NCBI GenBank assembly: GCA_964036045.1
Contig: OZ038378.1
Coordinates: 183,334,001-183,398,000, forward strand
Direction of reading: 5' to 3'
DNA: 64,000 nt
Origin: Eutreptiella sp. 'Long Island Sound 2002'
Taxonomy: Eukaryota > Protista > Euglenida
Position numbers and translations under genes: made by a program. Below are positions 37,451 to 48,886 of this stretch, piece after piece. The notes beneath the pieces are model-generated. The model did no database searches. It saw only the letters and a program-made list of their open reading frames with translations, and was not told the DNA's origin. Positions within the stretch are counted from its first letter, which is position 1; each line of letters starts with the position of its first letter.

Positions 37451-40400
37451 CCTCTCGGGCCATTTTGGGTGGGGTCAAAAATCGGGGCATCCCAGGTGTG
37501 TTTACCGCAGAAGTAGTTCACGGCGCGCGCGCGGCGCAAGTACTCCCCCTTGGCGCACAGCATTGGCGGTCCTCTTTTTGATGTTTTGGCTGTGCAAGAT
37601 TTTTGGATGGGGCCACAGTTTGCATGTGCTACACCCGCAGGAGTTGAATTGTTGAAAGGTTGGATCCCAGACTGACGTTATGCCTCTGTGCTGTTTTCTG
37701 TGCTCCAGGGATGTGTGTAGACAGCAGCCTGTCCAGACAGCACAGGGTTGCACAAGGGGAACAGCCCCCCTATTGTTTCACAACCAGCGGCTCAAGAGCT
37801 CGCACCTCCATCGACTGCTGCTTTTCTGAGTGTTTTCTTTCTTTTTGGGGTCCAGAATCTAAGATGACATGGATGTGAGCGAGGGTATGGGTCCTGTGCT
37901 CAAGAGCTGTTGCTGCTCTAACCATGTTCCGCCTCCAAGTGTACCCCGTTTCTACGCAAGTTGTGGCGGACTAGGAATGGCGAAAAGTCCATTCTGCTTG
38001 GAAGAATTGGCAGATGACCTGCTTGTTGTGTGTAAGCCCCGCCCTGTCCAACCACGGGCTCACCATCTTGGTGTTGTTTCCCTGACTTGCACAAGGTGGT
38101 GGCTGTCAGTTGGCTGCACTTGGTGCGCCATTTTTCGGTGAGGTGTAACAGACTGGTGTGTTTCTGCTCCAACACTGTGCCTTGACAACAATCTTTTGAT
38201 CAGGGACAGGACTGTTCTAATACACGGATTGGTCTGAAGATGCATAGTCATTATCATAGTCTAATACACATAATACGCAACACGTGCATGACGCCAATAC
38301 CCCATATTACCTCGTGCGTGTAGCATTTCTAATGTGCATATGACCTAATACACGTATTGCATCGTGATGCATTAGATTGTTACACGTGTTGCCCAATACA
38401 CGTATTCCTTCGCATGGTTGAAGGCGGCATCAATGCAATATAAACACTGAGGGCAGAGTGCTCTGGCGCCGCATGACCCAGCGCGGGGGTAACACCATTA
38501 TCAGGTTGCCAGCCAACAGCATCGTGTCAGCTGGAGGCCACCTGACCATCGTACCCAAAGGGGAATGATCTTGCACTCACCGCCCATTTGCTGTACCCAT
38601 CCAGGGTGGTGGTCTGGGGCAGGCTGCGACCTCAAGGCGCATGGGTACCCGGCAATTCCTTATTCTACCTCCCTGTGAAGATAGATGTCAGACCTTGGAC
38701 AACAAGTCACGCGTGCTGGTGCCACGGTCCTCACCTTGTCTCACTCTACCGGACAGGTTCGAAAACAAGCTGACAAAGTAAGCCACAGTCGAGGGGTGGT
38801 TTTCCCCTCCACATTTTGCATGTTGAATGGGGCCGTTGTATCTTCTTCATGTGCAGTGCTGATGTCAACAGCTCAACGTGCGCAGTTTGGTTTCTTGCCA
38901 ACGACATGTTGCGTGATGTGGTCCCCACTGTGTCTCACTCTACCGGACACTTCAAAAAACAGGCAATATGAATACTGAGGGCACCACAAATCTGTCGCTG
39001 ACCACTGCCAATCAAGGCTTGATTGCCAGCATCAGCGGCACATTGCCCCTTGTAGCCATGCTAAACTGCATGCACCCCCCCCCCCCGTTGCAAATCCTTG
39101 ACCCAGTGACCCCTCTGTACATAGCAAATGATCAAGAAGCAAGAACTACCGAACATTGCTGCACATGCATACAAGGACGTGCATGTATGGAGCGCTGGAA
39201 TGACCTTTAACCCCCCCCCCCCCCGCGGCCACAACCTAATCTCCACAGTTTTTGAGGGAATGCGCACCGGGCAAAGTTTTCTCCTATTTCCCCCCAATTC
39301 TCCCCCTCTTTTCCCATTTTTGGTCACCGTGTTGGGGTCCTGTTGTTGTTTGAAAACGGGTATTTTGATTCTTCTTTCACATTGAGGATATGGTACATTT
39401 GGATTTTCACCCGGTTTCACCACTTCCACCCCTTTTCACACTTTTTTTGCTCATTTCCAACGCATCCACTCCTTTCTAGGTTGATTTCTCCCCACCATGG
39501 GGGCCCCGAGAAGGTAGGGGTGATGTAGCCATATTGGGGAATGCCGTGCACGCAGTGCGCACGCAGTGCGCACGCAGTGCGAAGTTTTGGATGTTGGCAA
39601 ATACTCGGACCCTACTTTTGGCCCCTTTTGACAAGTTTTTGGTTCAGCACCAGGGTTTTTTTTACCTTCCTATGCATTTAGGAGGTGTTTGTGGCGGAAC
39701 TGCTGTATTTCGTGCCATGTTCGTAGAATACACATGTCAGTCCCCACGGACCTTGAGGAGTTTGTGGTGCGGCCTTCGTCCCCACCGCATTGCTGTCCTC
39801 GCTCGCCATCGACAAGTGTGTCGCGCCCACGCTCAGAATCCCCACCGCCCTCCCGTTCATCCTATTCTCGGTCCTCATCACCCAAGAGACCACGGACAAC
39901 GCGGTCCCCTTGCTCCGAGTCAAGGGACACCTCATCGCCGCGACCAAGAGTGAAGCCACGGGCGCCGAAACATTCGAAGCAAGCGGACGCCGATGACAAG
40001 GTACACACATGTGACGCTATGTTCCGTGTCCCGCGCTTCTACATGAGAATGGCAATGTTCACGTACAACTTCCCGTGTTCTTGTGGCTCTTTGTTCCCCA
40101 TTCTCTTTAAGATGCAGCGCAAAAAGGGAAAAGAGATTGACATCTCCCTCACGGACGAAGAGTGGGAGGAGGTCTTTCAGTGGTTGGACACCCAGCCGGT
40201 GTCAGCCAAGGGCGTTCCGTACGTCAGTGCCGCTAGAAGATTTTTGCCTCACTTCCATATAGCCGAGTACAAAGCGGGATGTTCACGGTGGCTGATCTTT
40301 CAAAGGGCTTTCGGTTCCAAAGCCCAAGTTCGCTATCAGTTTTGTTAATGGGGTGGATGGGTTGGATGGCATGTCACGACCCTTGTCTCGTCTTGTGCAC

Positions 40401-40733
40401 TACGTAGCATTCATTTTGTGTGCCGCAGGACAAAGCCCCAGTTGGGACAACTGTGCTTATCAATCTCATTCCGATTGTTCGGATGACGTGTATATGCGAA
40501 ATGCTTCTCGTGTTTGAACCTTGTTGAATTCCGTGGTAGATGAGATATGGTGGGAGGAGAGACTTTCACCGTACAACCATATTCCCCACTTCCCCTATTT
40601 CGTAACACAATTTACCGACAGCATGTCCATATGCTCGGTGGGTGGAGATTTGTCGGATGTCCTTTTTAATACCAAGTACGCAGGCCACATTTATAAGATA
40701 ACCGTGGCTATGGACAATCTCGGGAATATAGTA

Positions 40734-42119
40734 CCCCCCCCCCCCCCCGTGTCCAACGGAGCACTGTAGAGCCTCTGCAACGCTTTTAAGCTTCACTTGT
40801 GGGTCTCCAGCCGGGGGAACTCGGAAGGCATGATATTACATTATGTCAAGGTGCAATGATATCGAAGTTGAGATCTTCATGTTGAGGATCGCTTGAGGTA
40901 GACGATTTTGAGGTGCTATAGTATTGGTGTTTCGTAAGCAGAGCAGACCTGTGAGCAGGTACACAAAGGAACATTCTAGTCGTGATTAATGCACAATACG
41001 AGGAACTGATTGAACTTTGCGTGGCAATGACCGGTCGCCTGTGACACGGGGGCGTTCGGTAGCCAAGTATCCGTTGCTTCATGGCCGTGTCCAACGAACA
41101 CTGTGTCCAACGAACACTACCCGTTCGAACCGTATTTTTTGTGTACCTAATTAATTCGGTACATAATTAGGCACGAGACATCAGAATTGAGGTTTCAGGC
41201 CAAAGGTGCGGGGAAATGAGGGGCTGTTGCAATGTATGTTGCAGAAAACTCTAAAGCAGGGTGTGGGGAAGTGGTGTCCCTCAACTACAGGACCTCTATT
41301 GCCCACTATGACTGACTCCCTACTGGCACCTGGCCGTGAGGTGCTGTACAAGCGGTACCACACCGGCGAGCTTGTACCAGCCACAATTCTTGGGCCTTCT
41401 GATGACGGTGATGACTTTGTCCGGCTGAAGTACAGCCGAAATGGGCGCGACTATGAAAACCCATCCGCCCCTCTCAGTGCGGTGCAGTTCCATCTGCGCT
41501 CCCCTTCACCGATGTCATCAACTTCATCGGAGCAGACCCCGCAGCCCACGTCTCGCGGTCGCCCCACCTCTCCACCATCACACTCTTCGCTTCCACCTGG
41601 TTGGGAGCAACGCCGAACCCCCGATGGACGTGTGTTCTACGTGAACCACACCAAACGGGAAACCCAATGGGAGGAACCTCCCCCCGCGTACTAGGGCGTG
41701 GTTTGGGCCAAGTCAGGGCGTGGGGTGTGGGGTTTGTGCCATGTTTTTGAGGACACCCTGTACCTAACCCGTGATTTGATAGAGGACAGTGCTGTCCCAT
41801 CAAATCTGTCCGTCCCCAAGGTGAGCGACTCGGATGGGGCTGCCACTTCTGCCCGTGCCAAGAAAAGCCCCAAGCCCGGGGAGCACGTTCAACTTTTCCG
41901 CATGAAGCGGGACCGCAACAAGGGCTTCTACTCGGAAAAGTGTTAAGTGGAAGTCTCCAGCGCATTGTGCTTTGCATGGGCTGGGTATCTCGTGCACAGG
42001 GATGTGTTACCACCGGTTCACAACATTGTCGCGCGCAACGAACACTGTGTCCAACGAACACTACCTGTTCGAACCGTATTTTTTGTGTACATAATTATTC
42101 GTTGGACACGGGGGGGGGG
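40734..42119. mobile_element. 1386-bp non-autonomous TIR element with poly-C-capped TIRs, TA TSD and captured ORF
   Basis: TA|C15-GTGTCCAACG ... CGTTGGACAC-G10|TA forms a 20-bp perfect TIR. Removing the element plus one TA restores AAT ATA GTA TGG ATA TGT (N-I-V-W-I-C) in the host transposase. A direct repeat of about 55 bp occurs at 41093-41148 and 42037-42090. Confidence 0.92.
41308..41694 (+). CDS. Small Tudor/SH3-like + WW-domain protein (128 aa) carried inside the TIR element
   Basis: Canonical WW domain [30 protein letters not shown]. The N-terminal beta-rich segment [35 protein letters not shown] is Tudor/SH3-like (inferred). A possible acceptor AG lies at 41289-41290, upstream of the ATG. 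Confidence 0.75.
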   Translation: MTDSLLAPGREVLYKRYHTGELVPATILGPSDDGDDFVRLKYSRNGRDYENPSAPLSAVQFHLRSPSPMSSTSSEQTPQPTSRGRPTSPPSHSSLPPGWEQRRTPDGRVFYVNHTKRETQWEEPPPAY

Positions 42120-43015
42120 TATGGATATGTGACCTTATGCCCGGACCTCCGCAAATGTTATGATTTGGGATCAACGTGGTCCTTCGTGAACACATGGGCA
42201 TTTTTTCGATTTTGAAATAGGTGTGCATGACAGCGCCTATAAGGGCCGCTTGCACACCGCTATACCTTATATTGGTCGCAAAACTTTGAGTGACGACCAA
42301 CAAGAGTATAATGATGTCCATGGGTTCTATCGTGCAAGGGTGGGGCACCTCTTTGCACGGTTGTGGCCATGGAGGATTGTCTGCAATGTCTGGACACACT
42401 CTGCAGAGGAGCTGCATGGCCATGTGCCATTTTGCTCCACCTTACTCAGTTTTGCATTCACAGATAGACTAGGTATCAACCCTATGGACCCTGGCCTCAT
42501 ATGCCTGAGTGTGTATGGGCACAGGAGGAGGCAACCATTGAGGAAGAGGAAAATGATGACGGTGTTTGTTGCCAATTGTGTGGCCACCGTCCTGGTGATA
42601 TATCCGAGTGTGGCACTTGCCACTTGAACATGTGTGCATCTTGCATGCCCTTGCATAGTTGTACTTTACAAGGCTGAGTGGCTTGTTCATAACGACAGTT
42701 GATTACCAAGTTGAAGGCAGTTTCGTTGTTCTCATGTGGGCTTTGCTACTTCGCCGTGCTACTAGACAGGTGACAGGTATTCTTTGGTGAGTATCCCAGC
42801 CTCTGTGTGCAGAGTATGCACGCAATGCACACGCAGTGCAAGAACTTGGCCTTGATTTCTCCCACTCCGAGAAGGCAGGGGGTGATGTAGCCATTCTGCC
42901 CACATGTGGGCCCCCGAGACAGCAGGGGTTAAGCAGCCACTACTGAGTGACAAAGGAAGCCAAAGTATGAATGCCGTGCGCTTCTGGGAACAAGTGTTAA
43001 GGAAGTACTTTCGGG

Positions 43016-43560
43016 GTGCTCATATGGGATGGTTATGGTCCGTCACACACAAGAGGGGAATTCTTTGATTTTCAGGTGGGTGGCCATGATGGGGCCTACA
43101 AGGGTAGGGTGCATGTGAGAGACCCATTTGTTGGGCGAAAAAAAAAAGGGAATTTGAGTTATCGCCAACAATCATACGATCATGTGCACGGCCGGTATAG
43201 GGCAAGGATTGAACAGTTATTTTGTCATTTGTGGCATTGGGGATTGGTTAGGAATGTTTGGCATGGCAATGCAGATTAGTTGCACCAAAGTGTGCGTGTC
43301 TTGTGGTCACACAATTTTGCATTAGGAGGTAAGTACGGTGTCCGCATTATGGTCCATGGGACCATGTGCCGCCGCATGTTTGGGCCGTTGTTGATGACCC
43401 AAGCACCGCCTCACAAGATGATTGTGACAATGATGATGATGGCGTTTGTGCTTTGTGTTGTCACAAACGCACCACCACCGTTTGTGGGCAGTGCAATAAG
43501 AAGTATTGCGCCCAATGTATTGACCCTCACACTTGTGGGGATGTGGGGATCAAGTTGTAC
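43016..43560 (+). pseudogene. Second, 5'-truncated paralogous DDE_Tnp_4-like transposase with Cys-rich finger
   Basis: Reads VLIWD..FFDFQVGGHDGAYKG..QQSYDHVHGRYRARIEQLF..W..VRNVW, then YGPWDHVP and CALC-x8-CGQC-x4-CAQC-x3-HTC, colinear with the first copy. Confidence 0.8.
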
Positions 43561-44179
43561 ATGTTGAACCATAATTCTGCAACCCTTCTTTACATCCGTG
43601 ACTTTCCCATGTTACAATACGCCCTATATTATTTCCTTGGAACACAATTCCAGGCCGCGGTTACAGTTGTCGAAGAACAATGCATGAAAGCTTTCTTGTT
43701 CGCCCGCAGTTGTGCTTTGTAGTCATTCGTGCTTAGGGTTCCTGGGCTGGAGGAGGGAGTGATGTTTGGTGGTAAAGCATTGGGATAGATGCCAGGAACA
43801 TTAATTTTGATCGCGCTGGGCAAACGTACCCTCTGTACTGTACATCCAAGATTTGCTTGCTCTGTGCCGCGTTTGCATGTAGGCCTTGCTATTCTGCCAA
43901 TGACATACTCCTGCCCTCGCCCAAGTACAATCTGTGGCCCATGGTGCTGCGTGCATCGCGCTGTTCCCACACACGTCAAAAGTACCTTTTGCATGTCACT
44001 GTCAGATGCCTATTTCTTCCCAAAGTTGTTATGCTGTTTATTTGGGTACTAAACACCACTTTTACTCCTCTTTTTCATGCCTCAATATCCCGAAGAAATT
44101 TCATCGCGCTTCACTTTTTTGGCTATTTTGGGCACCCCCGAGGCCTTTGCTGCACGTTAGTCTCAGCGAGTGTGCGCAG

Positions 44180-45346
44180 ACCTCCAGTGCTTTTGGGAGA
44201 CAGAGCTCCTGCTGGGCATCGGTGCAGTATCACTCAGCTCCCAGAAGGTGTGTCACAGAAAGGGCAGGACAGAGACGACACATGCAGCCCCGTCTTTGAG
44301 TGATCACAAGGGCCTGCGTAGATCTGTTGTGTGTTATATTGCGGTGAAGCGCAATGCCTTGCCACTCTGCTAGCACAACCTAACCCTAATCCTGTACTAG
44401 GGGCCTTGGGTGCAGTCGGTGGATACATGTGCACACAATTTGAGCGCCAAGTTGTGCATCCTCCAACCCCCCCCAGGATGTCATCACTCACACGTAAGTA
44501 CACCTGCAGATTCCACAGCTGTTAACCGCCAGGACTAAGCATGTACATTTCAGGTGTGGCCCCACTCTGTTGGCCTCACCATGCATGAGCTGCACAAGAG
44601 GTACTGGGAAAGTTCTGTGTTCAGGGCAGTCCAGAGCCGCTGTCCATTCCCCCATTGCCACTGATGTCACTGTGGATTTGGGTGTGTCAGTTGTGACAAC
44701 CGTGAGAAGGCCACTCTGCAATGTGCGCTCTCGCAATGCGGAGTGGTGCGTCGCACGACTCTGCACCGCGAGTGTGCGTGGGGCGATGCGCCTTGCTATA
44801 TGCATGGCGCACCCCCGAAAAGATCGATGTGTTTACACCGTGACCCATCTGCAACGGTTTTGACCTTTTGACAGGGGTGACTTGTAGGGCACGGCAGGGT
44901 GCGTTTCAATTGCTTTTATGGGTTTCAAAAGGCATGGGCGCCTCCCCGCCCTTCCTCGGCTGCAATCGTAAGCAGGGGAATATAATATTGCACGCTCAGC
45001 CACTAAACTACAGCTCCCCTCCCCCAATTTTTCTTCTGACAGGGGGTTGTTGTGTTGTGCCCTCTTGTTGTTCCTGTGCTGGTGCCCCCTGTCAGAGTTG
45101 ATTCCTCTTCGAATTCAGACATAAGTGTATGCCACAGGCGCTCATGTTTGGTACCACTCTCGCAGCAAGGGAGCTCCACTGTTGGCAGCTGTCATCAGTC
45201 CGTCACCCTCTGGACCTGAGCCAGCCAAGCCAGCGAAGCCAGCTCCCAAAAGGGCTGGCAAGCAGGCCGCACAGTCCATTTCCGCCTCATCTTCCAATTC
45301 TCAGCCTGTCCCTGAATTGCCGACTGAACATGTCCAAGAGTTCAAG
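44180..45346 (+). CDS. Putative exons of a hypothetical protein (partial model)
   Basis: Phase-consistent GT-AG exons 44180-44247, 44554-44600, 45119-45150 and 45189-45346 give ..LQCFWETELLLGIGAVSLSSQKVWPHSVGLTMHELHKRHKCMPQALMFAVISPSPSGPEPAKPAKP..QEFK. No homology was recognised. Confidence 0.5.
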
Positions 45347-46102
45347 GTTATTTGGTTTTAGAACAAGAAGTTTCGGACAGTGCCTGCGGAAAGGGCACCC
45401 GCACAGAAGTAGCATCAGTGCTTCAATGGGACTGACACTACCGGTGTTGTGCATGCACTGCTGCGGTTATAAAGTGGTACACTTTTGTGGTGCAAGGGGG
45501 AGGGGGGGGCGTCACATCACGACCCCCTGTCCGGGTGAACCTTCATGATATTGGGGGGGAGATTTCAACAGGGGCAAGGGGCACGTACAATACACCCTGA
45601 ATGCACACCTCCATAGACCACAAACAAGTGCATTAAACGGCAAGCACCACCCAACGCAAGGGATTTGCTGCAAAATGTGAGGGGCCGCCATATGGTTAAT
45701 AGACAGGGTTGGGGCTGGATGGGATGCATGTGAATCGACCTCGTGGCCCAACAGCTACTGGTGGGCCAGCAACCTTTCAACCACCACTGCTCCCCCCGTG
45801 TCCCCTCCCCCCTCCCCAAATCTCCCCCCACCCAAAATTCCCCAAAACGGTGTTCCCCCATAAAGTGTCCCCCCAAGAAATGTTCCCTCACCAAAATGCC
45901 TGACTGGTAAGGCCGAATGAGTGCGCCATGTGTGCGATAGTCACACAGTGCATGTAACACATTGGTCTTTAAGGATATGATTGTGCAGCTGCTGCACAGC
46001 CAATCAAATTGATTACCTGTTCTATATCACTGAACCTTCCGCTGTAGTTCATAGTGACCAGAGAGTGGAGCACCTCAACCAAGAAGGGGGCACATGAACA
46101 GA

Positions 46103-46180
46103 TTGATACTGTCTGGACTAATGGCTGGAACTGTCTATGGCGGGGACATTCAGTCTATCTTTACCGGCAATTGATCCCCC
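46103..46180 (+). repeat. Dispersed repeat family (GGCGGGGACATTCAGTC core)
   Basis: Homologous copies occur at about 29125-29225 (minus strand) and 32466-32525. Confidence 0.8.
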
Positions 46181-46439
46181 TGCCATGTGTTTTCCAACGG
46201 GTGTATGATCAAGTGGGACCATCCAATGAGCAAACACCCCCCCCCCCACTTGTATAAGCTATAGCCTTGTCCAAGCTGTAGCAGGCTTAGGGACCGGATT
46301 GATTTGGGACTTTTGTGTAGCTTCTTCAAGCGGGGGTGTACAACCACACGATACACAAGATGTGACATGAGACCAAGCATGTATGCCACGCCCCGCTAGC
46401 TGCACGGTAAGTGCTGGCCATCCAAGAGGCCTACCTAGC

Positions 46440-46870
46440 TGAGGGGTGGGGTATTTTTCACTTTGACGGCTCAGCGAAGACCTACCCAAAAGTCGGCATG
46501 GGGGTTTGGGGGGGTTGGCAGTTGCCATTTGGGGCACTTGGAATTCTGCCCCCCCCTCGACACGTCAGAACGGCAAACCAACAATAGAGTAGAACTAAAG
46601 GCAGCCATCTCAGCCGTGCTCAAAGTGACACAGACCACTGTCATCTTTGGGGACTCCCAATATATATAGCATGGAGTTAAAGGCAAGGCCTACCGGTGGT
46701 GAAGAAACAGCCGGTGTCTTCCCACAAGGCCAGCACCAAACTCGGAATTATGGGCGGTGCTACTCCTTGCCATTGATTCAACAGAATTTCTCATTCTGTG
46801 GGCCTGATCCCCCTCACACCAAGGCATCCATGGTGATGAACGAGCAAACATGCTGGCGGAGAAGGGACAG
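46440..46870 (+). pseudogene. RNase H pseudogene (retroelement-type), full domain
   Basis: Reads FHFDGSAK..QTNNRVELKAAISAV..VIFGDSQYI*..NSELW..PSHQGIHGDERANMLAEKG, covering all four RNase HI motif regions with internal stops and a frameshift. Confidence 0.85.
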
Positions 46871-48810
46871 TGCGACCACCTTTTTCTGCTTTGTCCATCT
46901 GTGGACAAGCAGGACCCGATCACAAAGCCCAGTCCCACAGTCCCTATCAAACGGTGCCGTTCGTTAAGTACAATACAAATGACATTTGGAGTTGTTGAAT
47001 TCACAGCTATTGCCTAATTATGCAACGTGCTTTGTAGAGAAGGTGCGCAGTCCATCATGGTCTATTGGGGGGGCCTTCTCCATCAGAGGGTATATCTGGG
47101 GCTGAAGTCGGGATGGTGAATAGAAAGGTAGCGCGCCGGGCAAACATTCCCCCGTAGTGTGCTGGGTACTCCTCGGCAAATCGTAACACCCTCCCCCCAC
47201 ACAGTGTGGAGGCGCAGGACCCTTGAGCCCATGTCAGCGCGATATCAACCTTCAGTGGACAAGGAAGCACCGACCCAGACTCGCGGCCTGTTCATTTAAG
47301 ATCGTAGGCCCTACCGGACCCTGAGCCCCAGGGACAAAGGGACCAGCGGAGCGCTGCCTTTTTGACGACTCTAACGATTACCGTATATATGTCAGCGACT
47401 GGGTGAGGGCCGGAAAGGAAAGGGCAAGACTTAGAGTTAGAACGAGGTAGGAACATAGAAAACAACCGTCTTGGGGACAATTAGGGCAGGGGGTAAACAG
47501 GGACACATGCAGTACACGCAGAGCAGGCCGTGACAGTGCTAGCATTATGCACCTCTGAATGTACATATACGAGTCACCAAGAACAGATTGACTGATTGGC
47601 TATGAACCCCACTTGAGGGGCTGCAGGGAGCGTTGAAAACCTCGTGTGTGACCACACCCCCTAACCAGCGCCAACGCCAAAAAAGGGATGAGAGATAGAG
47701 AGGAGAGACCCGCAGCGAACAAGAAGGCAATTCTCTAGCCCCAACTAGGGAGGAGGGAAGTGCACATTTCGAATATCAATGGAGAGAGTGGCAATGAAGG
47801 CTGTGCGAAGGTAGGTAGCGGGTCCACACCTGACCTTTCGAGGCCCTCCCTGCCCCCCAACAAAATGATCTCAAGTACAACACTTCCTGCAATGTGCATG
47901 CGATGTAGCAATTAGAGCACCTAAAGCAGGCATGGGTTCCAAGGATTTTGGGCAGTGAACCAGATTTTCAAGCCTTTTTCAACACAACATGAAACAATTA
48001 AAGCCATTGGGGTTCCAAATTGGTGTTGCATGTTTTTCACCGTTGAGAATGCTTAATGCAGCCAGGTGAGTCCTCTCTGCTGTGGAGTGTTGTGCTGTTT
48101 GTGCCTGTGAGTAGGGCTCTTTTCATGCATGGGGGAAAAGGGGTTCCAAGGCAAAATAGTCAAAGAGGGGTGCATGGTGCACATGTAGTGCAGTTGCCCC
48201 ATCTAGGCTGGACCAGGAAAGACTAGCAAGCAGTAGCAAGCTGCAAGCGGCTAGCAAGCCGTCGCAGCAAGTTAGCACAGGATGGGGGTATTAGTGTCTC
48301 TACTCTGCTTGCTCCAAGTCTGCAAGAATTTAGGTGTGATACCTGACAAATATGTAGTCATACAATGGATCTCAAAAGCCACCAAAAATGGGCCAAAAAG
48401 TACTGATTTTTTGTTGGAGGTTTAGGGTACACATTTGGCAATACAAGCGGATGTAGATAGAGACGAAGACAGAGACGGAGACGGAGAGACAAGGACAGAG
48501 GCACAAATAGAGACAGCCAAGGCACCATTAGAGCCAGAGATAAAGTCACAAGGGTAAATAGACTGACTTCTTGACTGATGTAGGCTGATGTAGGCAGGCC
48601 TGCTGTGATGTGTCTATGGTGGTGGTGGTCCCCATCCAGCAAGGCTGCCAGGCCAGAGCTGATGCCTGGGCTCGTGTGTGCTGAGTGGGACTGCCCCGTT
48701 GCCAGAGCCTGGCAACTTCTTTTATTTTGTCACTCTGGGCCCATCTTGAGCATCATCATTCAGTGCAGTCTGTTGCATCTGCTGAGGCTGAGCTGTTGAT
48801 TGGGTCTTGA

Positions 48811-48813
48811 GAA

Positions 48814-48882
<69 letters not shown>
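48811..48882. repeat. (GA)n microsatellite
   Basis: Read directly from the sequence. Confidence 0.95.

Positions 48883-48886
<4 letters not shown>

Larger units (their letters stand above)
39734..42677 (+). pseudogene. DDE_Tnp_4 (HARBI1/Harbinger-like) transposase with C-terminal Cys-rich finger
   Basis: Pieces at 39734-40733 and 42120-42677 read VTQFTDSMSI..KYAGHIYKITVAMDNLGNIV|WICDLMPG..IWD..HDSAYKG..QEYNDVHGFYRARV.HLF..W, then YGPWPH and CQLC-x9-CGTC-x4-CASC-x3-HSC. Several stops and frameshifts are present. Confidence 0.8.
39536..42851 (+). mobile_element. Harbinger/DDE_Tnp_4-like DNA transposon (decayed), interrupted by a nested TIR element
   Basis: Both ends carry GCACGCAGTGC subterminal repeats. 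The termini are imperfect inverted repeats (GGGGAATGCCGTGCAC.. vs reverse complement GGCCAAGTTCTTGCAC..; about 16/26 matches). The element encloses the transposase pseudogene. Confidence 0.65.

Noticed and set aside
37821-37847. Resemblance to the euglenid spliced leader (TTTCTGAGTGT)
   Set aside because: Only 11 nt match exactly, the rest is T-rich, and there is no following GT donor or downstream retrocopied ORF.
41050-41080. Minus-strand GCAACGGATACTTGGCT resembling the 5' part of 5.8S rRNA
   Set aside because: The similarity is about 17 nt and does not continue into the conserved GATGAAGAACG region.
41692-43332. In-frame TAG/TAA codons suggesting a UAR-reassigned genetic code (host genes here all end in TGA)
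   Set aside because: About 1500 host codons in the LRR, glycosyltransferase and helical-protein models contain no in-frame TAR. The TARs occur only in mobile or pseudogenic DNA.
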